Program-made: the position numbers and the translations under genes
Shown here: positions 8,395-17,628 of the stretch, piece by piece
Layout: each line of letters starts with the position of its first letter
Numbering within the stretch: the stretch's first letter is position 1
The notes under the pieces: model-generated
What the model saw: the letters and a program-made list of their open reading frames with translations, nothing else
Told to the model about the DNA's origin: nothing
The model's database searches: none
Source: a virus
Lineage: Duplodnaviria; Caudoviricetes
Virus record (IMG/VR): IMGVR_UViG_3300048893_000028
Span: 1-40,160 of that record
Length of the DNA: 40,160 nt
Reading direction: 5' to 3' (one strand)

Positions 8395-9330
8395 ATGCCT
8401 GGCCCTGTTCTTCCGAAGATTGAAGATTCGCCCCTCTGGCCACAATGGTTGCGTCCGGAGAACGCCAGCGTCATGGACCCGGCCTATCGGGCGCCCTTGC
8501 GGACCTTAGTAAAATTGTTGGGCCTCGATGATCCCAATCAGGTCATGGCAGTGGGCATGAACACGATGGACGTGGGTCCTGCGTCGGGCGGATTGATCGA
8601 TGTGTTGAGCAAGAAATATCCGCGCTTCATGCAGGCGATCAAGGCGTATCACGGAAGCCCGCACGATTTCACGCAGTTCGACACGAGCAAGATCGGGACG
8701 GGCGAAGGCGCACAAGCCTACGGACACGGGTTGTATTTCGCGGAGAACCCAGCCGTCGCCGCTAATTACCGAAAGGCGCTGACGGACTACGAAGTCCATG
8801 AGCCCTCCGGAAATATCGTCTCAAGCAATGGGCGGGCGGTGACCTATAAAGGCACGCCACAGGTCCGAGCGTTGGCGTGGGTGCAAGATGCCGCCGCACG
8901 GAATGACATCGCCGATCCGCTGGCCTTTGCGCATAGGAACGCGGCGAAGGGCCTCGGTGATGACCCGCAACGCGAAGCCATTCTTCAACAGATCAAGCAG
9001 TGGCAATCCTCTGGCGCGGTCATCAAACCTGGTGGCCGTACCTACGAGGTGGCGATCACGGCGCACCCCGATCAGTTCCTCGACTGGGACAAGCCGTTGA
9101 GTCAGCAGCCGGAGTCCGTGCGGTACATGATGGGCTACAAGCCGCCACCGACGCCGGAGGAAGTGAACGCGCTGTTTGCGACGGCGAAAGAGCGCGGGGT
9201 AACGCCCGCTTCGATGCCAGAATACCAGACGTTGCAAGCACGCGCGGATTTGGCCGCGAAATTCGACCGCGACTATCCGAATGGAAAGGCCATCTATAAC
9301 GAGATCATGCTACTCGCCACGTTTGCATGA
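8395..9330 (+). CDS. ADP-ribosyltransferase-like (ART-PolyVal type) domain protein, possibly C-terminally truncated
   Basis: YHGSPHDF..FD.SKIGTGEGAQAYGHGLYFAEN and YEV...FLDWDKPLSQQ motifs. Confidence 0.7.
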   Translation: MPGPVLPKIEDSPLWPQWLRPENASVMDPAYRAPLRTLVKLLGLDDPNQVMAVGMNTMDVGPASGGLIDVLSKKYPRFMQAIKAYHGSPHDFTQFDTSKIGTGEGAQAYGHGLYFAENPAVAANYRKALTDYEVHEPSGNIVSSNGRAVTYKGTPQVRALAWVQDAAARNDIADPLAFAHRNAAKGLGDDPQREAILQQIKQWQSSGAVIKPGGRTYEVAITAHPDQFLDWDKPLSQQPESVRYMMGYKPPPTPEEVNALFATAKERGVTPASMPEYQTLQARADLAAKFDRDYPNGKAIYNEIMLLATFA

Positions 9331-10415
9331 GTAAGCCCGGCGGTCCGACCCCGACCGGACACGGCCTCAACGTCGTTCACCGCGTCGGCACGTTCTACCA
9401 CACCACAGACGCGGGGATTCCTTCCCTCGCCTTCAACGGCGTCATTCGGGCCATCCTTGCCGGCATTGACTCGGCCCAATCAGAAGCGACCGGCTGGGAC
9501 GCGCTCCGCGACAGCATCCCCGACTCCGCGGTCGTCCGCACGTCCGATACCGTCGTCACGATTACCCTCCCGGCGCTCAGCACCTACGACATCACCGCGC
9601 TGGAGACCCTAACCGTCACGATTCCCGGGAGCGCCCTCGTCTCGGGCCTCCCGATCGTCGCCACACCGACGTTCACGATCAGCCAGACGAGTGCGCTGAG
9701 TAGCGGCGACGGGGCCGCGCTCGGGGATTCGATTGAAACAGCGGTCGGCCAGGCCGCCAGTCAAGGCACGGGCGCGTCCTCGGGGTCATCGACGGTCACC
9801 GCACAAGCCGTGGCCACGGGCCTGGTCACGGGCCTGGTCACGGGCTCAAGCACGGTTGTGGCGACGGGCCTTGCGTCAGCTGTGAGCGTTGGCGCGACGG
9901 CTGGATCTGCGACCGTGGCGGGCATCGGGCAAGCCGCAGACCTGTCAATTGGTGCGAGTGCGGGCCTGTCACAAGTGACAGCCACCGGACTGGCACTCTT
10001 TACAGGGGTTGGCGTGGTTGCGGGCGATTCGCTCGCGTCGGGCGTCTCGCAGGATGTCGGGGGCGCGTCGATCGGCAGTGCCGATGGTTCCTGCGCCGTC
10101 GATGGTGTTGGTTCCTCGACCGCTGTGACGACCACGCCGGTGGGCGGTGGCCGGCTGAAACCCGGGCACCGGTGGGAGTGGTGGTCAAAGACTCAGATCC
10201 CCATTGAGCCGTCCGTTGCGGTGAGCCATCTCAAGGGCCACGCGCGCGTGATCGGGCATGCGGCTGCGCTCTCCGTGAGCGTGGGTGTGGCTCGTGGCGC
10301 AGCGGCCAGTCAGACGGTTGGCGTGAGAGATTTCAATCCCTACGTGCAAGCGCAGGCGGAAGAAACGTTCTGGATGGGACTCGACGAGGATCTTGGCTTA
10401 GAGATTGCCGCGTAA
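9327..10415 (+). CDS. Ala/Gly/Ser/Thr-rich virion-associated protein with one copy of the 75-aa module and an acidic C-terminus
   Basis: Module shared with 20097..23111; beta-strand-like G/S/T/V repeats. Confidence 0.7.
   Translation: MSKPGGPTPTGHGLNVVHRVGTFYHTTDAGIPSLAFNGVIRAILAGIDSAQSEATGWDALRDSIPDSAVVRTSDTVVTITLPALSTYDITALETLTVTIPGSALVSGLPIVATPTFTISQTSALSSGDGAALGDSIETAVGQAASQGTGASSGSSTVTAQAVATGLVTGLVTGSSTVVATGLASAVSVGATAGSATVAGIGQAADLSIGASAGLSQVTATGLALFTGVGVVAGDSLASGVSQDVGGASIGSADGSCAVDGVGSSTAVTTTPVGGGRLKPGHRWEWWSKTQIPIEPSVAVSHLKGHARVIGHAAALSVSVGVARGAAASQTVGVRDFNPYVQAQAEETFWMGLDEDLGLEIAA
9815..9845 (+). repeat. 12-bp tandem repeat (about 2.6 copies; TGLV)
   Basis: cacgggcctggt x2 plus cacgggc. 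Confidence 0.85.
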
Positions 10416-10430
10416 CAACGGCACAAAGGG

Positions 10431-10439
10431 TGCTATACT
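10431..10439 (+). promoter_or_regulatory. Putative extended -10 promoter (TGCTATACT) for scaffold/coat genes
   Basis: Near-consensus TGnTATAAT in an intergenic gap; RBS GAAGGA downstream. Confidence 0.6.
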
Positions 10440-10469
10440 CGCGCCGCACTCACACTAGACGAAGGATCT

Positions 10470-11489
10470 ATGGACACACCGGCCCCGGCACCCGCGCCGC
10501 CTGAACCCACAAGTCAGAGCGATGTCCTGGCGAAACTCTCGCCCGCTGACCTGATGGAATGGCGCAAAACCGGGGAAGTGCCTGTCCGACCGCCGACGCC
10601 TGATCCTGAACCCGTTCCGCCGACTGAGGACGACGAGCCCGAACCGGATGACGCCGATCCGGAGCCCGAAGGCGTGGTCGCGGCGCCAGAACGCACGATC
10701 TCCAAGCGTCAACAGAAGCTGAACGAGAAGATTCGCCAAGGGGTCGAGGCTGAACTGGCCCGTCGGTCAGCGCTCGCGCCTCAGACCCCTCCCCCCTCCG
10801 CTCCCGTGGCGCCTGTCAGCACGACCGAGGATGACCCGGAGCCGAATCCGACCGACCTCGCGAAGTATCCCGGCGGCGAATACGACCCGAAATACACCCG
10901 GGACGTGAACCGCTGGGATGCCCGGCAAGAACGCAAGAAAGAATCCGCCGAGGCGCAGACGCGCGCCCAGCGGGAATCCGCAGAAACGGCATTAAGGACC
11001 GCCTTTAAGGCTACGGCTGATGTGTTCGCGGCACGCACCGCCGCAGACCCGAAATTTCAGGCTAGTCTTGATCCGGCCCTTGTTGACGCGCTGATTCCGG
11101 CCGCAGCCGTCCCGGTTGGCGTCCCGATGCAGCCCATCAACATCATCGCGCAGGCCCTCATTGAAAACCCGGAGACCGCGCCGGATGTGGTGGCCTTTCT
11201 CTCAAAGAACCCTGCCGAAGTTGCGCGCATCACGCGCCGCGACGTAAACGGCGTTCCCGTCTTCTCCCCGCTCCAAATCATTCGCGAAATTGGACGCTTA
11301 GAAGCCGGGCTCAACCGGACGGCCCCTCAGCCGCCCAACACGATTACGTCTGCCCCGCCCCCGCCAACTCGCCTCGGCGACCGCACGGCCACTCCGGCCG
11401 ATGCTGTTGACCAGGCTGTGAAGACCGGGGATTACGCGGCATACAAAGCCGCGGCTGATGCGAAAGATCGGGCCGCGCGTGGGATCTAA
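10470..11489 (+). CDS. Scaffolding protein
   Basis: Pro/acidic N-terminus, helical middle, REIGRLEA...ITSAPPPP motif; just upstream of coat. Confidence 0.8.
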   Translation: MDTPAPAPAPPEPTSQSDVLAKLSPADLMEWRKTGEVPVRPPTPDPEPVPPTEDDEPEPDDADPEPEGVVAAPERTISKRQQKLNEKIRQGVEAELARRSALAPQTPPPSAPVAPVSTTEDDPEPNPTDLAKYPGGEYDPKYTRDVNRWDARQERKKESAEAQTRAQRESAETALRTAFKATADVFAARTAADPKFQASLDPALVDALIPAAAVPVGVPMQPINIIAQALIENPETAPDVVAFLSKNPAEVARITRRDVNGVPVFSPLQIIREIGRLEAGLNRTAPQPPNTITSAPPPPTRLGDRTATPADAVDQAVKTGDYAAYKAAADAKDRAARGI

Positions 11490-11494
11490 GTGCG

Positions 11495-12769
11495 ATGCCT
11501 ACCAATCCTTCCGGCAACCTGTTCGAAGTGTCCTCGTGGATTTCGATGGAAGTCCTGCGCCAGGTCACAAACCCGATGGAGTTCGGCCCGTTTTTCAATA
11601 CGGACTATAACGGCGAGCTGAACAAACCCTTCCCGATCGGCGACACGTTTCAAGTCCCGTTTCCGAAGTCTTTTCTGCCGAACGACGACAACACGCTCGG
11701 CTACACCCCGCAGCCCATCCAGTCGCGGCACGCCACGGTGACCCTGGATCGGGTCGCCAAGGTGCATTTCGAGTGGGACGCGCTCGAGGCGGCCCTCCGA
11801 CTGCCGCGGCCGAAGGAAGCGATTCAGCGCAACATCATCACGCCGGCGAAGCGCGCGATCCTGAACAAGATCGAAAGCGACTGCGCGAAGTGGGCGTATC
11901 TGAACACCCCGAACGTCGTCGGCATCCTCGGCACGAACCCCGCATCGTTTGATGCGGTCTACGGTGCCGCGGGACAGCGCATGGCGGAAGTCGGCGCGGT
12001 CTCCGGTGACAAGGCGATGTTCCTGACGCCGGCCGTCACGCGCGCCCTTCGTGCCACGGTGGTCTCGCAGTTCAACCCGCCCGATGCGATCAGCAAGATG
12101 TGGAAGACGGGCCTGATTGGTGAGGCGAACGGCTACGACACCTATCAGACGCCCTTCGTCTATCGGCACACGGCGGGCACCTGGGCCGGTGCGGTGACGG
12201 TGACGACCACACAGACCGGCACGGCCGCGATCAACTCGCTGGCGCTGACGGCGACCACGGGTGACACGTTCAAGCCGGGCGATCGGTTCAACATCGCGGC
12301 CGTGAACGATGTGAACTACGACACGAAGCGCAGCACGGGCACGCTGAAGCAGTTCGTCGTGACGAACGTGACGACCGTCACGGCGGCCGGTTCGGCGGCG
12401 ACGATCAGCTTCTCGCCGGACATCTACGGCCCTGGTTCGCCCTTCCAGAACGTGGATGCCCTGCCGGTCGCGACCTCGGCACTGACGCTCTGGCCCGGCA
12501 CCGCCTCCCCGAACGGGAAAGTCGGCGCCGTGAACATCGCGATGGGCAAGAACGCCTTCGCGCTCGTGGGCGTGCCGCTCGATCTGCCCCCGGTGGGTGG
12601 GTCGGTGGTCATCTCCTCGCAGACGCGCGACCCGAACAGCGGCCTGAGCGTGGGCGTGCTCAGGATGTTCGAGCCGACGCTGATGCGGTGGATCAACCGC
12701 ATTGATTGCGCGTATGGCTTCGGCAACTTCTGGAATGACCGCGACAGCGTGGCTGTTGCCTCCGCGTAA
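11495..12769 (+). CDS. Major capsid protein (P22 gp5-like)
   Basis: 424 aa; IGDT..V..P, GDTFKPGD.F.IA.V, C-terminal RID..YGF; strongly biased codons. Confidence 0.9.
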   Translation: MPTNPSGNLFEVSSWISMEVLRQVTNPMEFGPFFNTDYNGELNKPFPIGDTFQVPFPKSFLPNDDNTLGYTPQPIQSRHATVTLDRVAKVHFEWDALEAALRLPRPKEAIQRNIITPAKRAILNKIESDCAKWAYLNTPNVVGILGTNPASFDAVYGAAGQRMAEVGAVSGDKAMFLTPAVTRALRATVVSQFNPPDAISKMWKTGLIGEANGYDTYQTPFVYRHTAGTWAGAVTVTTTQTGTAAINSLALTATTGDTFKPGDRFNIAAVNDVNYDTKRSTGTLKQFVVTNVTTVTAAGSAATISFSPDIYGPGSPFQNVDALPVATSALTLWPGTASPNGKVGAVNIAMGKNAFALVGVPLDLPPVGGSVVISSQTRDPNSGLSVGVLRMFEPTLMRWINRIDCAYGFGNFWNDRDSVAVASA

Positions 12770-12781
12770 AGGATATCGACC

Positions 12782-13231
12782 ATGAGCATTCTGTCCGCAT
12801 CTCCGGCGAAAACCTACGCGGCCTTCGCGACGATCACGTTCCCGACAATGGGCGTGACGCAGATGACCGTGACCACGGCGACGACGCCCGTGCAGATGAC
12901 CACCGCGCAGCTCCTACAGGGGCTGCTCCCGGTCGATTGCCAGGACGCTGGGTCTATTACGACCCCGACGGCCGCCGCCATCGTGGCGGCGATTCCTGGT
13001 TGTCAGGTCGGCACGGCGTTTGACCTCGACGTGGTCAACTACGGCGATACGACGCTGACGCTCGCGCTCGGCACCGGCGTCACGAAGACCACGATTGCGA
13101 CCGTTTCGGCGGTCCTGACGATGGTCACACTGGTCAGCAAGAAATTCCGGTTCGTCGTGACGAACACCACGGCAGGATCGGAAGCGGTGACCGTGTGGGC
13201 GTTCGGCAGCCTCGCAGCCGCGGTGGCGTAA
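12782..13231 (+). CDS. Putative capsid decoration protein
   Basis: Follows coat gene; TxPTAAAIVAAIPG motif; AAAGGA RBS. Confidence 0.65.
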   Translation: MSILSASPAKTYAAFATITFPTMGVTQMTVTTATTPVQMTTAQLLQGLLPVDCQDAGSITTPTAAAIVAAIPGCQVGTAFDLDVVNYGDTTLTLALGTGVTKTTIATVSAVLTMVTLVSKKFRFVVTNTTAGSEAVTVWAFGSLAAAVA

Positions 13232-13243
13232 TGTGACACAACA

Positions 13244-13272
13244 GGGCGTCCCGCCCTTCGGGGCGGGCGCTC
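13244..13272 (+). terminator. GC hairpin with cUUCGg tetraloop after the capsid genes (no U-tract)
   Basis: CCCGCCC-TTCG-GGGCGGG plus stem extension. Confidence 0.55.
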
Positions 13273-13286
13273 ACGAAAGGATAGTC

Positions 13287-13520
13287 ATGGCGAACCTCGA
13301 ATTTCCACGGATGCTCTACAAGCCCGAGGGCGAGCATTGCGTGGTCGCGACCAAAGACGAATATGACCGCGCGAAAGCGGACAAGTGGACCGATGAGATC
13401 CCGAAGGACTGGAACAACGTTCCTGATCCAGCGAATCCTGGCGGCACGCTGCCCCCGAAGCCAACCTCGGCCCCTCCACCGGAGAAGGTGAAGGCTCCCG
13501 CGGCGCCGGTGGTGAAGTGA
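13287..13520 (+). CDS. Small hypothetical head-module protein
   Basis: AAAGGA RBS; EFPRMLY...W motif. Confidence 0.7.
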   Translation: MANLEFPRMLYKPEGEHCVVATKDEYDRAKADKWTDEIPKDWNNVPDPANPGGTLPPKPTSAPPPEKVKAPAAPVVK

Positions 13521-13945
13521 GACGCGCGCTTCTCCTGATCCTGTGCGCGTGGGCGGCGCTTTCTGCGCCCCTCCGCGCCCAGGGACAGAATCACGAACCG
13601 ATTCGGTGCGTCGTCACGGTCTCGACGGCCACGACAGTGCAGGCAGTCGGTGGGGATTGTGCCGCGCAACCCGGGCGGGCGTTGTTCATCACGGATATCA
13701 CGTCTGTGACCAATGCCGCGGGGATCGCGGCCGATTCCTACAACACGCTGAAATACGGCACGGGCACGGTCTGTGGCACGGGCACGACAGTCATCTGGTT
13801 TGCGTATACCGCGGCGGCGACCCAAGCCACGGTCGTGGACAACATGATCACGCCGATCCGCTTGCCGCAGAACGTCGATCTCTGCTGGATCAACACCTCG
13901 GCCGGGTCGAAAGCCTGGGTCATTCGCGGGTATTACAGTTCGTGA
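13517..13945 (+). CDS. Signal-peptide beta-sandwich protein
   Basis: MRRALLLILCAWAALSAPLRAQ; four Cys in the mature part. Confidence 0.7.
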   Translation: MRRALLLILCAWAALSAPLRAQGQNHEPIRCVVTVSTATTVQAVGGDCAAQPGRALFITDITSVTNAAGIAADSYNTLKYGTGTVCGTGTTVIWFAYTAAATQATVVDNMITPIRLPQNVDLCWINTSAGSKAWVIRGYYSS

Positions 13946-14178
13946 TTCCGGTCTCTTCGGCACCGCTCAATACTGGCGAGAAGCGCGCCGTCGATCAGAT
14001 GGTGGCGCTTCGCATTCTCTGGGATCTCTCTGCTGGTGAAGCCATCGGTGCGGCCTGCGCGGTGCTATTGAAATATTCGGTCGAGCGTCCTGAGTTAGTG
14101 CGGAGGGCGCTCAACGAGCCGGTTATCAAGAATGGCTTTCGCGGAACGAGTTTACTCAAAACTTTGACACGGACTTAA
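13942..14178 (+). CDS. Hypothetical protein
   Basis: GTGA overlap; 78 aa. Confidence 0.5.
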   Translation: MIPVSSAPLNTGEKRAVDQMVALRILWDLSAGEAIGAACAVLLKYSVERPELVRRALNEPVIKNGFRGTSLLKTLTRT

Positions 14179-14190
14179 GGAGTCTGACCG

Positions 14191-14631
14191 ATGGCGAAAT
14201 CCACGACGTATGCCAATTCGTTCCTCGCGCTGATCTTCAATGCGACCCTGTTCGCGAACGTGGCGATCAACGCGACGAGCTCGCCCATCACGAACATCTT
14301 CGCCAGCCTGCACACCTCGGACCCCGGCACGGCCGGGGACCAGACGACGAACGAGATCACGACCGGCGCCTACGCGAGCTATGCCCGTGTCGCGGTCGCG
14401 CGCACCTCAGGTGGTTGGACGGTGACGACGAACAGCGTGAGTCCGGTGGCGGCGATCACGTTCCCGGCCGGCACGGGCGGATCGGGCGCGACTGCGACCC
14501 ACTTCGCGCTCGGCTCGCTGACCTCTGGCGCCGGCGTCCGGTTCTACAGCGGGACGGTCACCCCGAACATCGCGTGCGGAAATGGCGTGACCCCATCGCT
14601 CTCGACGGCGAGCACGATTACCGAGACCTAG
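14191..14631 (+). CDS. Virion structural (tail/fibre-associated) protein
   Basis: TAAGGAG RBS; LHTSDPG...YARVAV...ITFP motif recurrent in phage structural genes. Confidence 0.75.
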   Translation: MAKSTTYANSFLALIFNATLFANVAINATSSPITNIFASLHTSDPGTAGDQTTNEITTGAYASYARVAVARTSGGWTVTTNSVSPVAAITFPAGTGGSGATATHFALGSLTSGAGVRFYSGTVTPNIACGNGVTPSLSTASTITET

Positions 14632-14633
14632 AC

Positions 14634-14798
14634 GTGGACGAGCCGCGCGTGGACGACGCCGCGATCATCGAGCGGTTGCGTGCGCTCAATGACCGGCTGG
14701 AGGTGCAGGTCGCGTTGGACATGCAGGCGATCCACGCGTTGATTGCCAAGGTGCAATACCTCGAAATGATTCTCGGAGTCGATGTCTCATGCCTGTAG
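14634..14798 (+). CDS. Small coiled-coil hypothetical protein
   Basis: GTG start 2 nt after upstream stop; 54 aa. Confidence 0.5.
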   Translation: MDEPRVDDAAIIERLRALNDRLEVQVALDMQAIHALIAKVQYLEMILGVDVSCL

Positions 14799-15061
14799 TC
14801 ACCTCGGTCGGGATCTCAATCAACACGCAGCATGGCCCTGAGGCGGCGTCTCGCCTCGATCGGGCGGTCAATGAGGCGTTGCTCTGGGCGACCCAGAACG
14901 GGTTGAGTGCCGAGACGCACGGGCCGATTATTCAGCGGCTGATGATGGCCGCGCATGATCGGGAACAGGTCACGATTGAGCTCGAGATCCAGCGCGAGGA
15001 ACTGGCGGCGGCGAATGAGAAGCTGCAGCGGGTGCGAGATGCGTTAATCGGAGTGCGATGA
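14789..15061 (+). CDS. Hypothetical protein
   Basis: GGAG RBS; overlaps both neighbours. Confidence 0.6.
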   Translation: MPVVTSVGISINTQHGPEAASRLDRAVNEALLWATQNGLSAETHGPIIQRLMMAAHDREQVTIELEIQREELAAANEKLQRVRDALIGVR

Positions 15062-17625
15062 CTCCGGCGCAGATCGGGGCGCAACTCGAGGCCGACATGC
15101 GCGCGGCGGTGCTCGAGGCGAGTGCGTCTGGGTTGACGATGACGGCGGCGGATGCGTCGGCGGTCAAAACGTTCGTGGATACGGCGGCCCAATATGCGAG
15201 TGCAGCGATGACCACGCCTGGCTCGATCGGCCGCGTGCCGCAAGGTTTCCTGTCCTTCAGTGTTCCCGTCAATTACGCCAGCGTCACGAATGTGACCGTG
15301 CGGCTACGCGTGAATGGCAGTTCGACGGTTGCCGCGTCGTTGAGTCTCGGCAAGCCGACGGCGGATGTCTACGGCGTCGTGATCGCGGATGTCTCGGCGC
15401 TCTATGCCGGGCAGCCGGCCGATAACTACCAGACGTCCGTGGCAATGACCTACCCGTCCGGGGTGGTCGATTCTGGGTTGTCGCCGGTCTTTTCGTTGCC
15501 CCTGACCTCTCCCGTCGCGGTCTTTCGCACGGTTGGCCCTGGAAAGCAGTTTGCCACGGTGCAGGCGGCCGTGAATGCCGCTGCGGCGGGCGATACGTTG
15601 GTGCTTGATGCGGGCGTGACGTTCACGGAGAGTGTGACGCTGCCCAATAAGGGCGTGTTGGCGAGTCCGATCACGATCACCACGAGTGCGGACCCGCAAC
15701 TGCTGCCAGCGACGGGTCGGCGCACGAATCCCTCCTATGCGGCCTTGCTGCCGAAGATTGTGTCCCCGGGGAGTGGGCAACCGTGTCTGATTGTCGCGCC
15801 GAGTGCGAACAATTACACCCTGCGGCATCTCGAGTTCCCAGGTGTGCCGCTCGGCTTCAACGCGATCATCAAGATCGGCGCCGCGGATTCGACGCAGCAA
15901 TTCAAGAGCGATGAACCGCATCACATCATCGTGGATCAGTGCTATCTGCACGGTGGGGAAGTCTGCGGGCAGAAGCGCGGGATTGAATCGCACGGGCGGT
16001 TTATCACGATCAGCAATTGCTATATCGACGACATCAAGTCGGTCGGACAGGACTCGCAGTCGATCTCCGGTCTCAACGGGCATGGCCCGCTGACGATCAC
16101 GAATAACTTCCTCCGTGGTGGCACGGAGCCAATCCTGATTGGTGGGGGCGATCCGACTGTCCGCACATTCATGACGATTACGAGTGGGGCCAGTGCGACA
16201 GGCGCGAATGTGACGTGTTCGGAGGCTGGGCATACCCTCTCCGAACTCGTCGTCGGTCAGGCGCTCAGTGTGCAAGTCGGGGGCGTCTGGGTCTTCACCA
16301 CCATCGCGACGATTACGGGCACAGGCACCGCTGGGGCGCTCACATGGGCGACCGTTGGCGGTGTGCCAGATACGCCAGGTGGTCTGCGCGCGGGCGTGAT
16401 CCTCGGCATGGAGGGCCCCGGGTTTGGGCTGACCGTGCAGCGGAATCTGATCGGGAACGACCCAGCTTGGCTGGATGGCGTCTTACCGGCCCCGGTCAAT
16501 GTCACCGCCGTGGGCGATACGATCTCTGGCGCCCTGGGGGCAGGGACGCATTACTTTACGGTGCAATCGTTCAATCCCAACGGCTATCAGGCCAGTCCGA
16601 CCAATTGGGTCAACAGCAACGAATCGCGCGAAGTGTCCGTGAAACTGGCGACCACCGGCAAAGCCACGGTCAGTTGGACACTCGATCCGAATGCCACCAT
16701 TTATCGCGTCTGGCATGGCACGACCCCCGGGGCGCGGACCCAATATCATGACGCGACGACATCCCCCTTTGTCTACGATGGCACCGGGGTGATTGCGGAT
16801 ACGCCGGTGGGGGCCACGCGCTGGCAGATTAAGAATCTACTCGAGATCAAGGCCGCGCAGAATGTCCAGATCGATAGCAACATTTTTCAGTATGCCTGGA
16901 AGGGCAACAGCACCGGCTATGCCTGCTGGCTGAAGTCGGTCAATCAGGACGGCACGGGCTCCTATCTGCAATCGAAAAACCTGGTCGTCGAGAAGAATAT
17001 CTGGCGGCACTGTGACGGGGCGCTCGAGGTGCATGGGCACGAAGTCGGGACCGCTGGCTTCGGGCAACCTGGGCCGCTGACAAATCTGACCTATCGGCAC
17101 AACCTCGTCTATGACTCGCAGGTGTTTCCGTGGGGCGAAGGGTCCGAGGTTTATGCGTTCAACCTGAGCAACGATGTCGCGAATATGGTCATTCAGCACA
17201 ACACGATTGTGCATCTGACCAACGGCACAGGCGGGGGCTTGATGACGCTCGACCCGCCTCCGACCTCTGGGCTGATGACCGGGTTTGCGTTCGTGGACAA
17301 CATGGTCCGACGCGAAACCTTCGGCACGAAAGCCTCTGGATTTGCCTCTGGGCTCGCCTCGCTCAATGCGGTCACGTCAGGTGGCTATACCTACAGCAAA
17401 AATGCCATTGCGGATTCATCGGCGGGGGTGGATGGGGCACCGAACTTCTATGAAGTCGCGGCCCTCTGGGAAGCGGAGTTTGTGAACTACAAAGCCGATG
17501 GGGTCGGGGCTGATTTTCATCTCAAGCCGACGAGCACCTATCATAATGTCGCAAGCGATGGGATCGATGTGGGGGCGGATGTGACGACGATCCTGTCGGT
17601 CACGGCCCTCGTGGCGACCGGCTAA
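15058..17625 (+). CDS. Right-handed beta-helix (pectin-lyase-like) protein; putative tailspike/depolymerase with FN3-like inserts
   Basis: VGPGKQFATVQAAVNAA..GDT start; repeated I.NN/N.I rungs; C-terminal DFHL...DVGAD. Confidence 0.8.
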   Translation: MTPAQIGAQLEADMRAAVLEASASGLTMTAADASAVKTFVDTAAQYASAAMTTPGSIGRVPQGFLSFSVPVNYASVTNVTVRLRVNGSSTVAASLSLGKPTADVYGVVIADVSALYAGQPADNYQTSVAMTYPSGVVDSGLSPVFSLPLTSPVAVFRTVGPGKQFATVQAAVNAAAAGDTLVLDAGVTFTESVTLPNKGVLASPITITTSADPQLLPATGRRTNPSYAALLPKIVSPGSGQPCLIVAPSANNYTLRHLEFPGVPLGFNAIIKIGAADSTQQFKSDEPHHIIVDQCYLHGGEVCGQKRGIESHGRFITISNCYIDDIKSVGQDSQSISGLNGHGPLTITNNFLRGGTEPILIGGGDPTVRTFMTITSGASATGANVTCSEAGHTLSELVVGQALSVQVGGVWVFTTIATITGTGTAGALTWATVGGVPDTPGGLRAGVILGMEGPGFGLTVQRNLIGNDPAWLDGVLPAPVNVTAVGDTISGALGAGTHYFTVQSFNPNGYQASPTNWVNSNESREVSVKLATTGKATVSWTLDPNATIYRVWHGTTPGARTQYHDATTSPFVYDGTGVIADTPVGATRWQIKNLLEIKAAQNVQIDSNIFQYAWKGNSTGYACWLKSVNQDGTGSYLQSKNLVVEKNIWRHCDGALEVHGHEVGTAGFGQPGPLTNLTYRHNLVYDSQVFPWGEGSEVYAFNLSNDVANMVIQHNTIVHLTNGTGGGLMTLDPPPTSGLMTGFAFVDNMVRRETFGTKASGFASGLASLNAVTSGGYTYSKNAIADSSAGVDGAPNFYEVAALWEAEFVNYKADGVGADFHLKPTSTYHNVASDGIDVGADVTTILSVTALVATG

Positions 17626-17628
17626 TTC

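Noticed and set aside
9408-9435. DAGIPSLAF as the missing ART C-terminus reached by frameshift
   Set aside because: Similarity is only about 4 residues, the expected following strands are absent, and no slippery site is evident.
12750-12782. Frameshift extension of the major capsid protein
   Set aside because: No slippery heptamer at the 3' end; the next gene has its own RBS and ATG.
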